Origin: Dehalococcoidia bacterium
GTDB taxonomy: Bacteria > Chloroflexota > Dehalococcoidia > Bin125
Assembly: GCA_965203995.1 (NCBI GenBank)
Contig: OZ241962.1
Coordinates: 1,290,311 to 1,354,310 of the forward strand
DNA length: 64,000 bases
Reading direction: 5' to 3'
In this document: positions 39,301 to 48,728 of the stretch, in pieces
How the letters are laid out: the number at the start of each line of letters is the position of its first letter
Numbering within the stretch: the stretch's first letter is position 1
Notes under the pieces: generated by a model
What the model was told of the DNA's origin: nothing
The model's input: only the letters and a program-made list of their open reading frames with translations
The model's database searches: none
Program-made: the position numbers and the translations under genes

Positions 39301-40246
39301 AGCGGATCCTCGGATCCAGGATGCCGTAGGAGATGTCGGTCAGCAGGTTGGCAATCACGATCGCGATCGCGATCACCAGGATCATCGCCTGAACGATCAG
39401 CAGGTCACGCTGCAGCGCCGCCTGCACCAGCCAGCGACCCATGCCGGGGATGTTGAAGATCTGCTCCACGATCACGGCTCCGGCGAAGACGCGGGCCAGG
39501 AGCAGGCCGACGATCGTGACCACCGGCAACAGTCCGTTGCGCAGGGCGTGCAGGGCAATCACGCGCCGCTCGCGCAGACCCTTGGCCCGCGCGGTGCGCA
39601 CATAATCCTGCCGCATCACTTCCAGCATCGAGGAACGCGTCTGCCTCGCCACGATCGCCGAGAGCACCCAGCCCACCACCAGCGTGGGCATGATCAACGA
39701 TCTGACCGAGGCCGCCGGGTCGTCCCAGATGCGAGCAAAGCCGGCCGCCGGCAAGACGTCCCAGGTCACGACGAAGAGCAGGATCAAGATCAGACCGGTC
39801 AGGTAGTCGGGAATCGCGACGCCGCCCACCGAGAGCATCGTCACCAGCCGGTCGGCGAGCGAATTCGGCTTAATCGCCGAAAGCACGCCGGCCGGGATCC
39901 CGATCAGCATCCCCACAATGATCGTCGCAAAGCCCACATGCAGCGTGTTTTGCAAGCGCTGAATGAGCTCCGAGCCGATCGAGCGGTTGGTCAGCACCGA
40001 GCTGCCGAAGTCGCCCGAGCTGACGATGTCGCCAATCCACTTGCCGAATTGCTCCGGCACCGACTTGTTCAGTCCGAGCTGTTCCTCGACCTGGGCGCGG
40101 CGTTCAGGCGAGATCGCCTCGCCCTCGCCTGAGAGCGCCGCCACCGGGTCGCCCGGCAGGATGCGGAAGATCGCGAACGACGCGATCGCGACCAGGATGA
40201 CCACCACGATCGACTGCAGAACCCGGACCGTAATGTACGTCCACAT
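39293..40246 (-). CDS. ABC transporter permease (DppB/OppB-type)
   Basis: N-terminus MWTYITVRVLQSIVVVILVAIASFAIFRILPGDP, the typical DppB start, with six TM helices. Overlaps the downstream permease by 8 nt. Confidence 0.85.
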   Translation of the reverse strand: MWTYITVRVLQSIVVVILVAIASFAIFRILPGDPVAALSGEGEAISPERRAQVEEQLGLNKSVPEQFGKWIGDIVSSGDFGSSVLTNRSIGSELIQRLQNTLHVGFATIIVGMLIGIPAGVLSAIKPNSLADRLVTMLSVGGVAIPDYLTGLILILLFVVTWDVLPAAGFARIWDDPAASVRSLIMPTLVVGWVLSAIVARQTRSSMLEVMRQDYVRTARAKGLRERRVIALHALRNGLLPVVTIVGLLLARVFAGAVIVEQIFNIPGMGRWLVQAALQRDLLIVQAMILVIAIAIVIANLLTDISYGILDPRIRYG

Positions 40247-40389
40247 GGCGGCGTGTTAGATCGCTCCCTGCATCATCTGCGTGCGATCCCGCTCTGCGCG
40301 GGAGAGGAAGGCGCTGGGTCCAACCGCTCTCCCCTCCCCTCACAGCGAGGCGAAGGGAGAGCGGTCTGAGGGTGACGGCGTGCGGCCGG

Positions 40390-42219
40390 TTAGACCTCGT
40401 CGCTGTACAGCCAGCGGCTCTGCCACTTGCCTTCGCCGTTGAAGAGCGTCTCCTCGGCGTTCTTGATCGGGTTGCGCACGCCCGTGAAGTTGACGCCGTA
40501 GAGCATCGTGTAGAAGTGACCTTCGCCGACGATGATGTCGTTCACGCGGCCATAGATCTCACGCCGCTCTTCGACATCGAAGGTCGAGCGACCGTCGGAG
40601 ACGAGCTGGTCGAGATCGGGGTGAATCGGGCTCTCCTGATCCTGCGGTCCGGTCGGGTTGTAGACGCCGCTCTTGGTGTAGGCCAGCGACGCGATCCAGT
40701 CGGGCTCCGGGTAGCGCGACCACCCGGTCAGCGTCATGTGGTACTCGCTGTTCTCGAAGAAGGCCGGGATGAACTCGACCAACTCCAGCGGCTCGAAGTT
40801 GACGTCGATGCCCAGGACTTCCTTGATCTGGTTGGCGTAGACCTGGCTGGCGTCGATCTTGACCTGGTTGACATAGGTCGTCAGCGAAATGCCCCCCTCG
40901 GCATTGATCGCGTCCACGTCGACGCCCGACTGCGCCAGCAGCTCCTGCGCCCGTTCGCGCCGGTCGGCGATCGCCGGGTAGGCAACCTGCGGGTTGCTGG
41001 GCACTTCGCTGTAGGCCAGCGTGCCGTTCGGCCACTGGCCGCCCAGGGCCTGGATCATCAGGTCGTTGTGCACCGCGTTGTTGACCGCTTCGGGGTGGAC
41101 GGCGTGCATGATCGCCAGCCGCAGGCTCATGTTGTCCAGCGGCGGTTTCTTCGAGTTGAAGACCAGGATTTCCGAGACGAACGCGCCCTCCATCGTCACC
41201 AGGCGCCAGTCGGGATGCTCCTCGACCTGGTCGTTGAACTGCGGCTCGGGGATGAACATCGTGTCCAGGTCCCCTGCGAGTCCGGTCGCGATCAGGGTCG
41301 AGTTCTCGGTGATGATGTTGTACTTCATCTCCTCGAAGTAGGGCAGCTGGCTGCCCGTCTGCGAGCCGGGCTCAGGCCCGCGCATCCAGTGATTGGGGTT
41401 GCGCTTGCCCAGCACGTGCGACTGGTCGACCCACTCGACGAACGAGTACGGGCCCGTACCGACCGGATTGAGGCCGTATTCGTCGCCCAGTTCGTCCGCC
41501 GTCGGCACGTGGATCATGGCCCCGGCCCGGTCGCCGAGCAGGTGCATGACCGCCGCCGACGGTTCCGTGAGCAGGTACGTCGCCGTCCGCTCGTCCGGCG
41601 TCTCCACCGTGTGCACGACCTCGAAGTTCGCCTTCGGTGTCGAGGCCGGGTGCCCGGTCACGCGCTCCAGGTTGAGCCGAACATCCTCCGACGAGAACGC
41701 GTCGCCGTTGTGGAAGGTCACGCCATCGCGCAGCGAGAAGATGATCGTCGTGTTGTCGGGGAACTCCCAGGCCTCGGCCAGCGATACATCGGTGCGCTGC
41801 ACGTTCTGCGTGTCGTGCATCACCAGGTAGTCGTAGAACGGCTGGAAGTAGTAGGCGTCGGTACCAGATGTACCGGTGTGCGGGTCGATGCCGGTCGTGT
41901 TCAAGTGCAAGCCGGCGTTCCAGACCGAGGCGATCGCCGGACCGGCCGACTGCGCCTGCGCGACGGCCGCCTGCTGCTGTTGCTGCTGCTGAGCGTCCGC
42001 CTGCTGCTCCTGCTGCTCCGCCTGCTGCTCGGCCGCCTGTTGCTGCTGTTCGGCCTGTTGCTGAACCTGCGCGGCGCCCTGATCGTCGTCATCATCGTCG
42101 CCGCAGCCGACCAATGCCAGACCGGCCGCGCCCACGCCGGCGCGCGCCGAGGCTCGCAATAGCGAACGCCTCGACATCCTGCTCCGCTTCATCCGGGTCC
42201 AATAGTTACGGGTCGCCAT
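40390..42219 (-). CDS. ABC transporter substrate-binding lipoprotein (family 5, peptide/nickel type) with an N-terminal poly-Gln/Ala linker
   Basis: Tat-like RRSLLRASARAGVGAAGLALVGC lipobox, then DDDDDDQGAAQVQQQAEQQQQAAEQQAEQQEQQADAQQQQQQQAAVAQAQ, then an SBP_bac_5-like body of about 520 aa. Confidence 0.85.
   Translation of the reverse strand: MATRNYWTRMKRSRMSRRSLLRASARAGVGAAGLALVGCGDDDDDDQGAAQVQQQAEQQQQAAEQQAEQQEQQADAQQQQQQQAAVAQAQSAGPAIASVWNAGLHLNTTGIDPHTGTSGTDAYYFQPFYDYLVMHDTQNVQRTDVSLAEAWEFPDNTTIIFSLRDGVTFHNGDAFSSEDVRLNLERVTGHPASTPKANFEVVHTVETPDERTATYLLTEPSAAVMHLLGDRAGAMIHVPTADELGDEYGLNPVGTGPYSFVEWVDQSHVLGKRNPNHWMRGPEPGSQTGSQLPYFEEMKYNIITENSTLIATGLAGDLDTMFIPEPQFNDQVEEHPDWRLVTMEGAFVSEILVFNSKKPPLDNMSLRLAIMHAVHPEAVNNAVHNDLMIQALGGQWPNGTLAYSEVPSNPQVAYPAIADRRERAQELLAQSGVDVDAINAEGGISLTTYVNQVKIDASQVYANQIKEVLGIDVNFEPLELVEFIPAFFENSEYHMTLTGWSRYPEPDWIASLAYTKSGVYNPTGPQDQESPIHPDLDQLVSDGRSTFDVEERREIYGRVNDIIVGEGHFYTMLYGVNFTGVRNPIKNAEETLFNGEGKWQSRWLYSDEV
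41971..42066. repeat. Imperfect CTG/CAG trinucleotide repeat tract (about 95 nt) encoding the poly-Gln linker of the substrate-binding protein
   Basis: ctgctgctgttgctgctgctgagcgtccgcctgctgctcctgctgctccgcctgctgctcggccgcctgttgctgctgttcggcctgttgctg on the plus strand. Confidence 0.7.
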
Positions 42220-42367
42220 CCTGCAGTCCTTTCCGTCGGCGCTCGCTCACTCGCTGGTGTAGCTCCGTCGGCACTCGCCGGTCGGCGCTCCGCGAGGTAC
42301 GCCACAGTTGGGGCAGGCTAACACCTCCCAGTCGGGTGCGCGCGATGCCGGGTGTCCGGTGTCCGAG

Positions 42368-44167
42368 TTAGTCGGCGGCCGAGGAGAATGCGATCGGACC
42401 GTTCGCGATCGACGACAGGCTGGCGACCAGCTCCACCCGCCCCGCGTTCGATTCGAACTCGGCCGTCGTCACCTGGCTCTCGATCCGCCCGTCGTCGCCG
42501 ATGATCGTGATTATCGTCGAGAAGTGCTCGATCGAGTCGATCGTCACGCCCGCGGCCAGCAGCTCGGCCGTTTCCGCCAGCAGCAGATCGGCAATTGCTT
42601 CGAAGTGGTCGTCGCCCGGCAGGCGCGGACCGCTCTCGATCACCAGCTCGTAGACGGCGGGGCCGCCGCCTTCGATCGTCCGCGTCACCCAGGAGAGGTC
42701 CAGCAGATCGGCGTACTCCTGCAGGTTGACCCGGTCGGGATTGGCCAGGAACTCATCCACCGTCAGGCTGGAGAAACCGAGCAGCGCCGGACTGGACGGT
42801 TCCCAGACCGGCGCACCGGCCGCATCGGCCGAGCTCGTCCAGATCCCGTCGCGACTCCAGAGCAGGCGGAAGACGCTGGAGCCGTCGATCACGACCTCGG
42901 TCTCGAACGCGCCCTGCGACCGCGAACTGCGCAGCACCGTGCTGGCCAGCCGCGACTCGCCATCGATCACGGCCTGCGCCACGAACTGCAGGTGCAGCTC
43001 GTCGACAACGGCCAGCCAGCTCTCCGCCCGGCCGATCAACTCTTCGGCGCTCAGCAACTCGCCCGAAGCCGCCGCTCCCTCGCTGCCGACGCTGCTGCCC
43101 GAGTCGGCCGCGGCGTCGCCATTGGTCGGCAGGCCCAGCTCCGTGGCGTCGACCAGCGGCTCCGGCGTCGGAAACTCGACCGGCTCGTTCCAGCTTCGCA
43201 GCGTCGAGACCGAGTTGACGTATGACGCGACCTCTTCCTCGTCGTCGCCGTCGGAGGCGGTCAGGCCCAGCGGATCCGTGATCGTCGCGTTCGTCTCGAC
43301 CAACAGCGGCGCCCCGCTCGCGCGGCTGATCGCCATGCGCATGTGCAGGGTCTCGATCCCGGAGTCGGCCAGCTCGATGCCCTCCTCGCGCAGCATCTGC
43401 GCAACCGAGGCGCTCACCTGCTCCACGTCGATGTGACAGTCGACCAGCCAGACGTCCTCGCCGTTGTGCTGGCTGTAGGTCACGACCCCGCCGACGGCTT
43501 CGACGCAGCCGATCGTCTGCCCGAATCCGGACGGGTCGGCAATCGCGGTCGCATCGCTGCCCAGCAGCGCGGTGATGTTCTCCAGCGCTTCATCGAAGTT
43601 CTCGCTCAAGTCGACCCAGCCGCCGAGACCGGGCATCGACAGGAACCCGCCCGAGTCGTCGATCAGCACCTGGAGCAACACCGGCGCCTCCGGCTGCTCC
43701 CCGTCCGGCTCCGCCAGCGCCTGCACCGCCCCGAACAGTCCCGACGCGTCCAGCGTCGTCAGCACGCTGAACGGCTCAGCCCGGTAGGTGCCCACCGCGT
43801 CAACCTGCGCCGCCAGACCGAGCAGGTCGAACTCGATCGCCACCTCCACCACCATCGTCTCCAGATCAGCCGTCCAGGCGTCCAGGGCGGCAATCGCCTC
43901 GGCCAGCAGCGGGTCGTCGGATTGCGGCTGCGGGTCGGCTGTCGCCTGTGCGTCATCCTGCTCGCCCTCGGCGGACTCTGCCGCCGACTGCTGCGTCCGC
44001 TCCGACTGGCGCGCCACCGCGTCTCGCTCTGCCTGCCCCGCCTCCGCTGGCTCGGACTGGCTCTGCTGCGGTTCCGCCTGCGTGGCCTCCTCGTCGCCGT
44101 TGCAGCCAAGCAACACACCCGCCAACGCAATCAGCCCCGCGGCCGCCAACGTCAAGTACACGCGCAT
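42368..44167 (-). CDS. Large secreted lipoprotein, two repeated domains of about 250 aa, function unknown
   Basis: Signal plus lipobox LAGVLLGCNG, then an acidic/Gln-rich linker (EEATQAEPQQSQSEPAEAGQAERD...). Two halves have similar composition, separated by an acidic Ser/Gly linker. Confidence 0.5.
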   Translation of the reverse strand: MRVYLTLAAAGLIALAGVLLGCNGDEEATQAEPQQSQSEPAEAGQAERDAVARQSERTQQSAAESAEGEQDDAQATADPQPQSDDPLLAEAIAALDAWTADLETMVVEVAIEFDLLGLAAQVDAVGTYRAEPFSVLTTLDASGLFGAVQALAEPDGEQPEAPVLLQVLIDDSGGFLSMPGLGGWVDLSENFDEALENITALLGSDATAIADPSGFGQTIGCVEAVGGVVTYSQHNGEDVWLVDCHIDVEQVSASVAQMLREEGIELADSGIETLHMRMAISRASGAPLLVETNATITDPLGLTASDGDDEEEVASYVNSVSTLRSWNEPVEFPTPEPLVDATELGLPTNGDAAADSGSSVGSEGAAASGELLSAEELIGRAESWLAVVDELHLQFVAQAVIDGESRLASTVLRSSRSQGAFETEVVIDGSSVFRLLWSRDGIWTSSADAAGAPVWEPSSPALLGFSSLTVDEFLANPDRVNLQEYADLLDLSWVTRTIEGGGPAVYELVIESGPRLPGDDHFEAIADLLLAETAELLAAGVTIDSIEHFSTIITIIGDDGRIESQVTTAEFESNAGRVELVASLSSIANGPIAFSSAAD

Positions 44168-44267
44168 CGCCGTACCTCCCGATTGCGATTCACTGTATCG
44201 CGGGAGGGCCGCTTGTCGATCCGCTTCCAGGCGGCAGATCCTGGGGTCGCCCGAGCTGAATTGAGGG

Positions 44268-45248
44268 CTAGCCGGGCGACAGCGCCAGGGCGCGCACCTC
44301 GCCGAATTCCCGCTCCAGCTTGCGCCAGGAAAGGCCGCCGTCCTGGCTCAGGTAGATGTAGCCGTGCAGCGTCGCGGCCGCGATCGTGTCGGGCATGTCG
44401 GGGTGGCTGGCCAGCCAGTAGAACATCGAGTTGGGCGGGTACGACAGCTCGCACGGCGTCCAGCTCGCGCCGCCGTCGGTGGAGCGCTGGATCACGCCGG
44501 TCTCGCCCGGGCTCGTGTCGCCGCCGGCCACGAAGATCGTGTTCGGGTCGTCGTGCTTAACCAGCATCCCGCGGCTGTAGACGCGCAGCGTTCCTTCGCG
44601 CAGCGCCGCAAACTCGTGCTGCTGCCACGACTCGCCCTCGTCGTCCGAGCGCGCCACGCCGAACGGGCTGGTCGCATACATCACGGCACCCTCGGGCCCG
44701 ACCGCACGCCCCATGTGATGCACGTCCTGCTGGAAGAACTCGGTGCCAATCGGGTTGCCGCGCGACCATGTGTCGCCGCCGTCCAGCGACTTGTGCACTC
44801 CGTCGACCTCGACCCCGGCATAGACGCGTCGCGAGTCGAGCGGATCGATCACCACTGACGTCGTGCGTGGTATCCCGGCCCGGCCGTCATGCCGGATATC
44901 GATCGCCAGGTCTTCCCACGTCGCCCCGCCGTCGCGAGACCGCCGCAAGCCCGGGTGTCCGCCGGCGAAGATCGTGTCCGGATTCGACGAATCAACGGTA
45001 ATCGACCAGATCTGCTCGCCGCCCTCGTAGCCCGGCACGACCTGCCAACTCTCGCCGCTGTCCTCGGAGGCGAGCAGTGCATGGTCTGCGCCGGCCAACA
45101 ACCGCTCCGGGTTGTCTGGGAAGACGGCGATCGAGCGCACGGCGGCCTCAACCTGTCCGCGGCCCATCTGCCACGTCAGCCCGCCGTCAAGCGAGCGAAA
45201 CGGCCCCTGCCCCATGGTGCCGACATGGATCGTGATCTGCTCCGGCAT
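44268..45248 (-). CDS. BNR/Asp-box repeat beta-propeller protein (Ycf48-like / sialidase-fold)
   Basis: Multiple S-x-D-x-G-x-T-W repeats: SLDGGLTW, SEDSGESW, SRDGGATW, SLDGGDTW, SDDEGESW, STDGGASW and SQDGGLSW. Confidence 0.6.
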   Translation of the reverse strand: MPEQITIHVGTMGQGPFRSLDGGLTWQMGRGQVEAAVRSIAVFPDNPERLLAGADHALLASEDSGESWQVVPGYEGGEQIWSITVDSSNPDTIFAGGHPGLRRSRDGGATWEDLAIDIRHDGRAGIPRTTSVVIDPLDSRRVYAGVEVDGVHKSLDGGDTWSRGNPIGTEFFQQDVHHMGRAVGPEGAVMYATSPFGVARSDDEGESWQQHEFAALREGTLRVYSRGMLVKHDDPNTIFVAGGDTSPGETGVIQRSTDGGASWTPCELSYPPNSMFYWLASHPDMPDTIAAATLHGYIYLSQDGGLSWRKLEREFGEVRALALSPG

Positions 45249-45323
45249 GTCGCCCTCCTTAGCTTCAAGCGAAGTCAGGGTAGGCGGTCCGGGGGAGCTG
45301 CTCTGCGTGGAGCCAGTCGCGCG

Positions 45324-46886
45324 CTACGGCATGTACGGATAGGGAGACGGCCCGAGCTGGGTCTTCAGGATCGCCTGCGCGTCCTCGACGAAGTCGCAGA
45401 GCAGCGGGCGCGTGTCGGCCGGATCGATGATGTCCTGACCGGTCGCCTCGGCAGTGCGGAAGGGCGAGGCCAGGTCCTGCAACCGCTGCTCGATCTCCGC
45501 CCGCTTCGCGTCGGGATCGTCCGACTCGTCGATCTCGCGCCGGTAGGCGGCCAGCGCGCCGCCCTCGATATGCATCGATCCCCAGCGACCCGAGGGCCAG
45601 GCCCAGCGCTGGAACATCCCCGTCGGCCGGTGCTGGCACTGCCCCGCAACACCGAACAGGCGCCCCATCACCACCGTCGCCCAGGGCATCCGCGACTGGC
45701 AAGTGGCAATCACCAACCGCGCGCCGGCGCGCTCGATGCCCAGCTTCTCCGACTCGACCCCGACCATGAATCCGGGCTCGTCGGCGAACGAGATCAGCGG
45801 CAGGTGGAACGTGTCGCAGAGTTGGATCAGGCGGATCACCTTGCTGCCGCCCTTGACGTCGGTCGAGCCGCCCTCGTGGATCGGATTGTTCGCCATCACG
45901 CCGACCGGATAGCCGTTGATTCGCGCCAACCCCGTGATCCGCGAGCGCCCGTAGAAGGGCGCGATCTCGAAGAACGAACCTTTGTCCACGCACCAGTTGA
46001 TCGCCCGGTGCCCGTCGTAGGCGCGCCGCCGGTCGCGCGGCACCAGACGGCGCAGCCGCTCCTCGCGCCGGTTCGGATCGTCCGTCGGCTCGGTCCGCTG
46101 CGGCATCTCGTGCACGCTCTGCGGCAGGTAGCTGAGGAACTGCCGGATCTGGCGGAAGGCGTCCTCCTCGTCCTCAGCCAGGTTGTCGACCGATCCCGAC
46201 TGGTAGACGTGGATCCGTTCGTCGCCCAGGTCCTCTTTCGTGACGTCGTAGCCCAACGCCGCCTTGACCACCGGCGGACCGCCGGGGAAGAGCTGCGAGA
46301 TGCCCTTGACCATGATCGTGAAGTGAGCCATGCAGGCGTTGACCGCGGGCAGGCCGGCGACCGATCCCATCACCGCCGAGACGACCGGCACCTCGCGCAG
46401 CAGATCGGTGTCGATGGTCGACCACATGTTGCCGTCTGGCAGATAGGTACGGCCCAGCGTCTCGAAGCCGCGCACAGACCCGCCCGCCGCGTCGAGCAGC
46501 CGCACATACGGCACGCGCCACTCGAGCGCGCGCTGGTTGGATCGCTTCTCCGACCCCAGCCCGTCCGATCCGTCGCCGCCGCCCGATCCGCCGCGTACCG
46601 TGAAGTCGCCCGCCGAGACGATCAGCTTGCGCCCGTTGACCTTGCCGAAGCCCTCGATCGCGCCTTTGGGCGTGAAGGCGACCAGCTCGCCCGACTCGTC
46701 ATACTCGGGCCGCCCGACCAGCGACATGAACTCCTGCAGCGTGCCGGGATCGAGCAACCCGTCAATCCGCTCATTGACCAGCAGCTTCCCCCGCCGCCGC
46801 TGCCGCGCCACCCCCTCCGGCCCGCCTCGCGCTTGGGCCAGTTCCTTCCGCCTCGAAATCTCCGCAATCTCGCGTTCCCACGTCAT
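45324..46886 (-). CDS. Acyl-CoA carboxylase carboxyltransferase subunit (PccB/AccD5-like)
   Basis: Carboxyl_trans domain: GKLLVNERIDGLLDPGT...GFGKVNGRKLIVSAGDFTVRGGSGG and the second half FADEPGFMVG. Length about 520 aa. Confidence 0.9.
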   Translation of the reverse strand: MTWEREIAEISRRKELAQARGGPEGVARQRRRGKLLVNERIDGLLDPGTLQEFMSLVGRPEYDESGELVAFTPKGAIEGFGKVNGRKLIVSAGDFTVRGGSGGGDGSDGLGSEKRSNQRALEWRVPYVRLLDAAGGSVRGFETLGRTYLPDGNMWSTIDTDLLREVPVVSAVMGSVAGLPAVNACMAHFTIMVKGISQLFPGGPPVVKAALGYDVTKEDLGDERIHVYQSGSVDNLAEDEEDAFRQIRQFLSYLPQSVHEMPQRTEPTDDPNRREERLRRLVPRDRRRAYDGHRAINWCVDKGSFFEIAPFYGRSRITGLARINGYPVGVMANNPIHEGGSTDVKGGSKVIRLIQLCDTFHLPLISFADEPGFMVGVESEKLGIERAGARLVIATCQSRMPWATVVMGRLFGVAGQCQHRPTGMFQRWAWPSGRWGSMHIEGGALAAYRREIDESDDPDAKRAEIEQRLQDLASPFRTAEATGQDIIDPADTRPLLCDFVEDAQAILKTQLGPSPYPYMP

Positions 46887-47201
46887 TCGGCCGTCTCCCT
46901 GCTAGCTGCGCTCAGCGCAGGGTAGGCCCCCGGTGTGGAGACAAGGACCGTCAGTTGGAGGGATAGAGTAGGGCGAGCGCGAAGGGCGGAACTAGGCCCC
47001 TGCCTCTCGCGCTAGGGCGATGGTCGTGCGAACCCTTGCAAACGGCCATCGCCCGCCCTGGAGCGCTCGGCCTAGGCCTCACCAAGCGCTCATACCCATT
47101 CTACTCACTCCTACAGACCTCGAATACGGGGAGACTGAGCAGGACTGACACTCCCTCAATCCGCTGGAATCAGATGCGATCGAGACCGCAGTGGAGTCCG
47201 A

Positions 47202-47696
47202 TCAGCGCGCCGCGGCGATTGCCGACTGGGCGCGTTCCTGGAGGTCCAGTTGCGGTGACCACTCGGTGTCGATGCGCGTGCGAATCATGGTCGCCTTGAC
47301 TGCCGACGCGAACTCCTGCAGGGCGAGTTGCTGCAAGGACTCGGTCAGCGTCTGCTCCGGATCCTGCGCCAGCCGCCTGGCGCACGTCCACCAGGCTTGC
47401 TGCATCGTTTCGTCCGACGCCTGCATCAGGATCTCTTCGGTCACCGCCCGATGCCGTACCAGCGCGTAGAGCACCTGCACCGGCGTCTGGGGCGGATCGA
47501 GCCGGGCTGGCGGCAGATCTTCAGGCCAGATCAGGTTGGCCTCGGCGGTGCAGGATTCGATCGCGCAGTCGGCGAGCGAGCCGAGCGGTGTCGCCTGATG
47601 CAGCTGCGCCTCGGACGCGCCGGCCAGCGCCGTCGTCAGCACGCGTCGCGTCAGCAGCAGCGCGTAGCCCCAGGCTTCGGCGGCGTCAGACTTCAT
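47202..47696 (-). CDS. Hypothetical protein (possibly DinB/YfiT-like helical bundle)
   Basis: ORF with coherent codon usage, downstream of dapA on the same strand. No firm motif. Confidence 0.35.
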   Translation of the reverse strand: MKSDAAEAWGYALLLTRRVLTTALAGASEAQLHQATPLGSLADCAIESCTAEANLIWPEDLPPARLDPPQTPVQVLYALVRHRAVTEEILMQASDETMQQAWWTCARRLAQDPEQTLTESLQQLALQEFASAVKATMIRTRIDTEWSPQLDLQERAQSAIAAAR

Positions 47697-47711
47697 CAGC
47701 TTCCCGGGCGG

Positions 47712-48629
47712 TTAGATCAGGTCCTGGCCGCCCGCGACCTCGAGCGCGGAGCGGATCGTGGCCTGGATCTCTTCGTCAGGTTCAACCAGCGGCGCGCGCA
47801 GCGGACCGGCGTTGAAGCCGATGTCGTTCAGCGCCCACTTGACCGGCGCCGGATTGCCGATCAGGAACAGCGCCTTGACCAGCGGCGCCAGCTTGACCTG
47901 CAACCGCCCCGCCTCGGCCGTATCGCCGCGTTCCCAAGCGTCGTACATCGCCTTGATCTGTCCGCCGACGAGGTGGGACAGCACCGAAACAGCGCCGAAC
48001 CCCCCCATCGCCAGGAGAGCGAGGTTGTCGCCGTCGTTGCCGCTCCAGATGCGGAACGCTTTGGGAGCCGTGCGGATGATCTCGGCTACCTGCTCCAGGT
48101 CGCCCGACGCCTCCTTGACCCCAACGATGTTGGCGCAATCCTCCGCCAGCCGCACCGTCGTCTGCGCGGACATGTTCAGTCCCGTCCGGCCGGGCACGTT
48201 GTAGAGCATGATTGGCGTTTCGGGCACGGCGTCGGCGACGGCCTTGAAGTGCTGGTACAGGCCTTCCTGAGACGGCTTGTTGTAATAGGGCACCACCTGC
48301 AGCAGTCCGTCAATGTCAAGCTCCGCCGCCTGCTCCGAGGCCTCGACTGCGGTTGCCGTGCTGTTCGAGCCGGTCCCTGCGATCAGCGTGCCGCCGGCGT
48401 CGTGCACGACCGGCGCCAGCTCGCGGAACAGGACCCGCTCCTCTTCGTGCGTCAGGGTCGGCGACTCGCCGGTCGTGCCGGCCACGACGATCCCGTCGGA
48501 GCCCGACTTGAGCAGCGCCGAGGCCAGGTGCTGGGCCTGCTCGACATCAATGCCGCCGGCCTCGGTCATCGGTGTCACCATCGCGGTGTAGAGGCGTCCC
48601 CAGTCAGGGGCGTCGTTTGGCTCAGTCAT
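47712..48629 (-). CDS. dapA: 4-hydroxy-tetrahydrodipicolinate synthase DapA
   Basis: LYTAMVTPM...GIVVAGTTGESPTL...GTGSNST...VVPYYNKP, and the catalytic Lys region. Confidence 0.9.
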   Translation of the reverse strand: MTEPNDAPDWGRLYTAMVTPMTEAGGIDVEQAQHLASALLKSGSDGIVVAGTTGESPTLTHEEERVLFRELAPVVHDAGGTLIAGTGSNSTATAVEASEQAAELDIDGLLQVVPYYNKPSQEGLYQHFKAVADAVPETPIMLYNVPGRTGLNMSAQTTVRLAEDCANIVGVKEASGDLEQVAEIIRTAPKAFRIWSGNDGDNLALLAMGGFGAVSVLSHLVGGQIKAMYDAWERGDTAEAGRLQVKLAPLVKALFLIGNPAPVKWALNDIGFNAGPLRAPLVEPDEEIQATIRSALEVAGGQDLI

Positions 48630-48728
48630 GATTCGGGCTTTCCGTCTGTCGCAGTCTGACCATCAAGGCTACTAGGTCGGAGAAGCCGATTCGCCGACAT
48701 AGTGCGGAGTCGCCGGGCCGCGCAATCG

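Noticed and set aside
44168-44267. Inverted repeat CCTCCCG-N19-CGGGAGG between the lipoprotein gene and the BNR-repeat gene
   Set aside because: Short 7-bp stem with a large loop and no U-tract. It could be a weak terminator, but the evidence is insufficient to call it.
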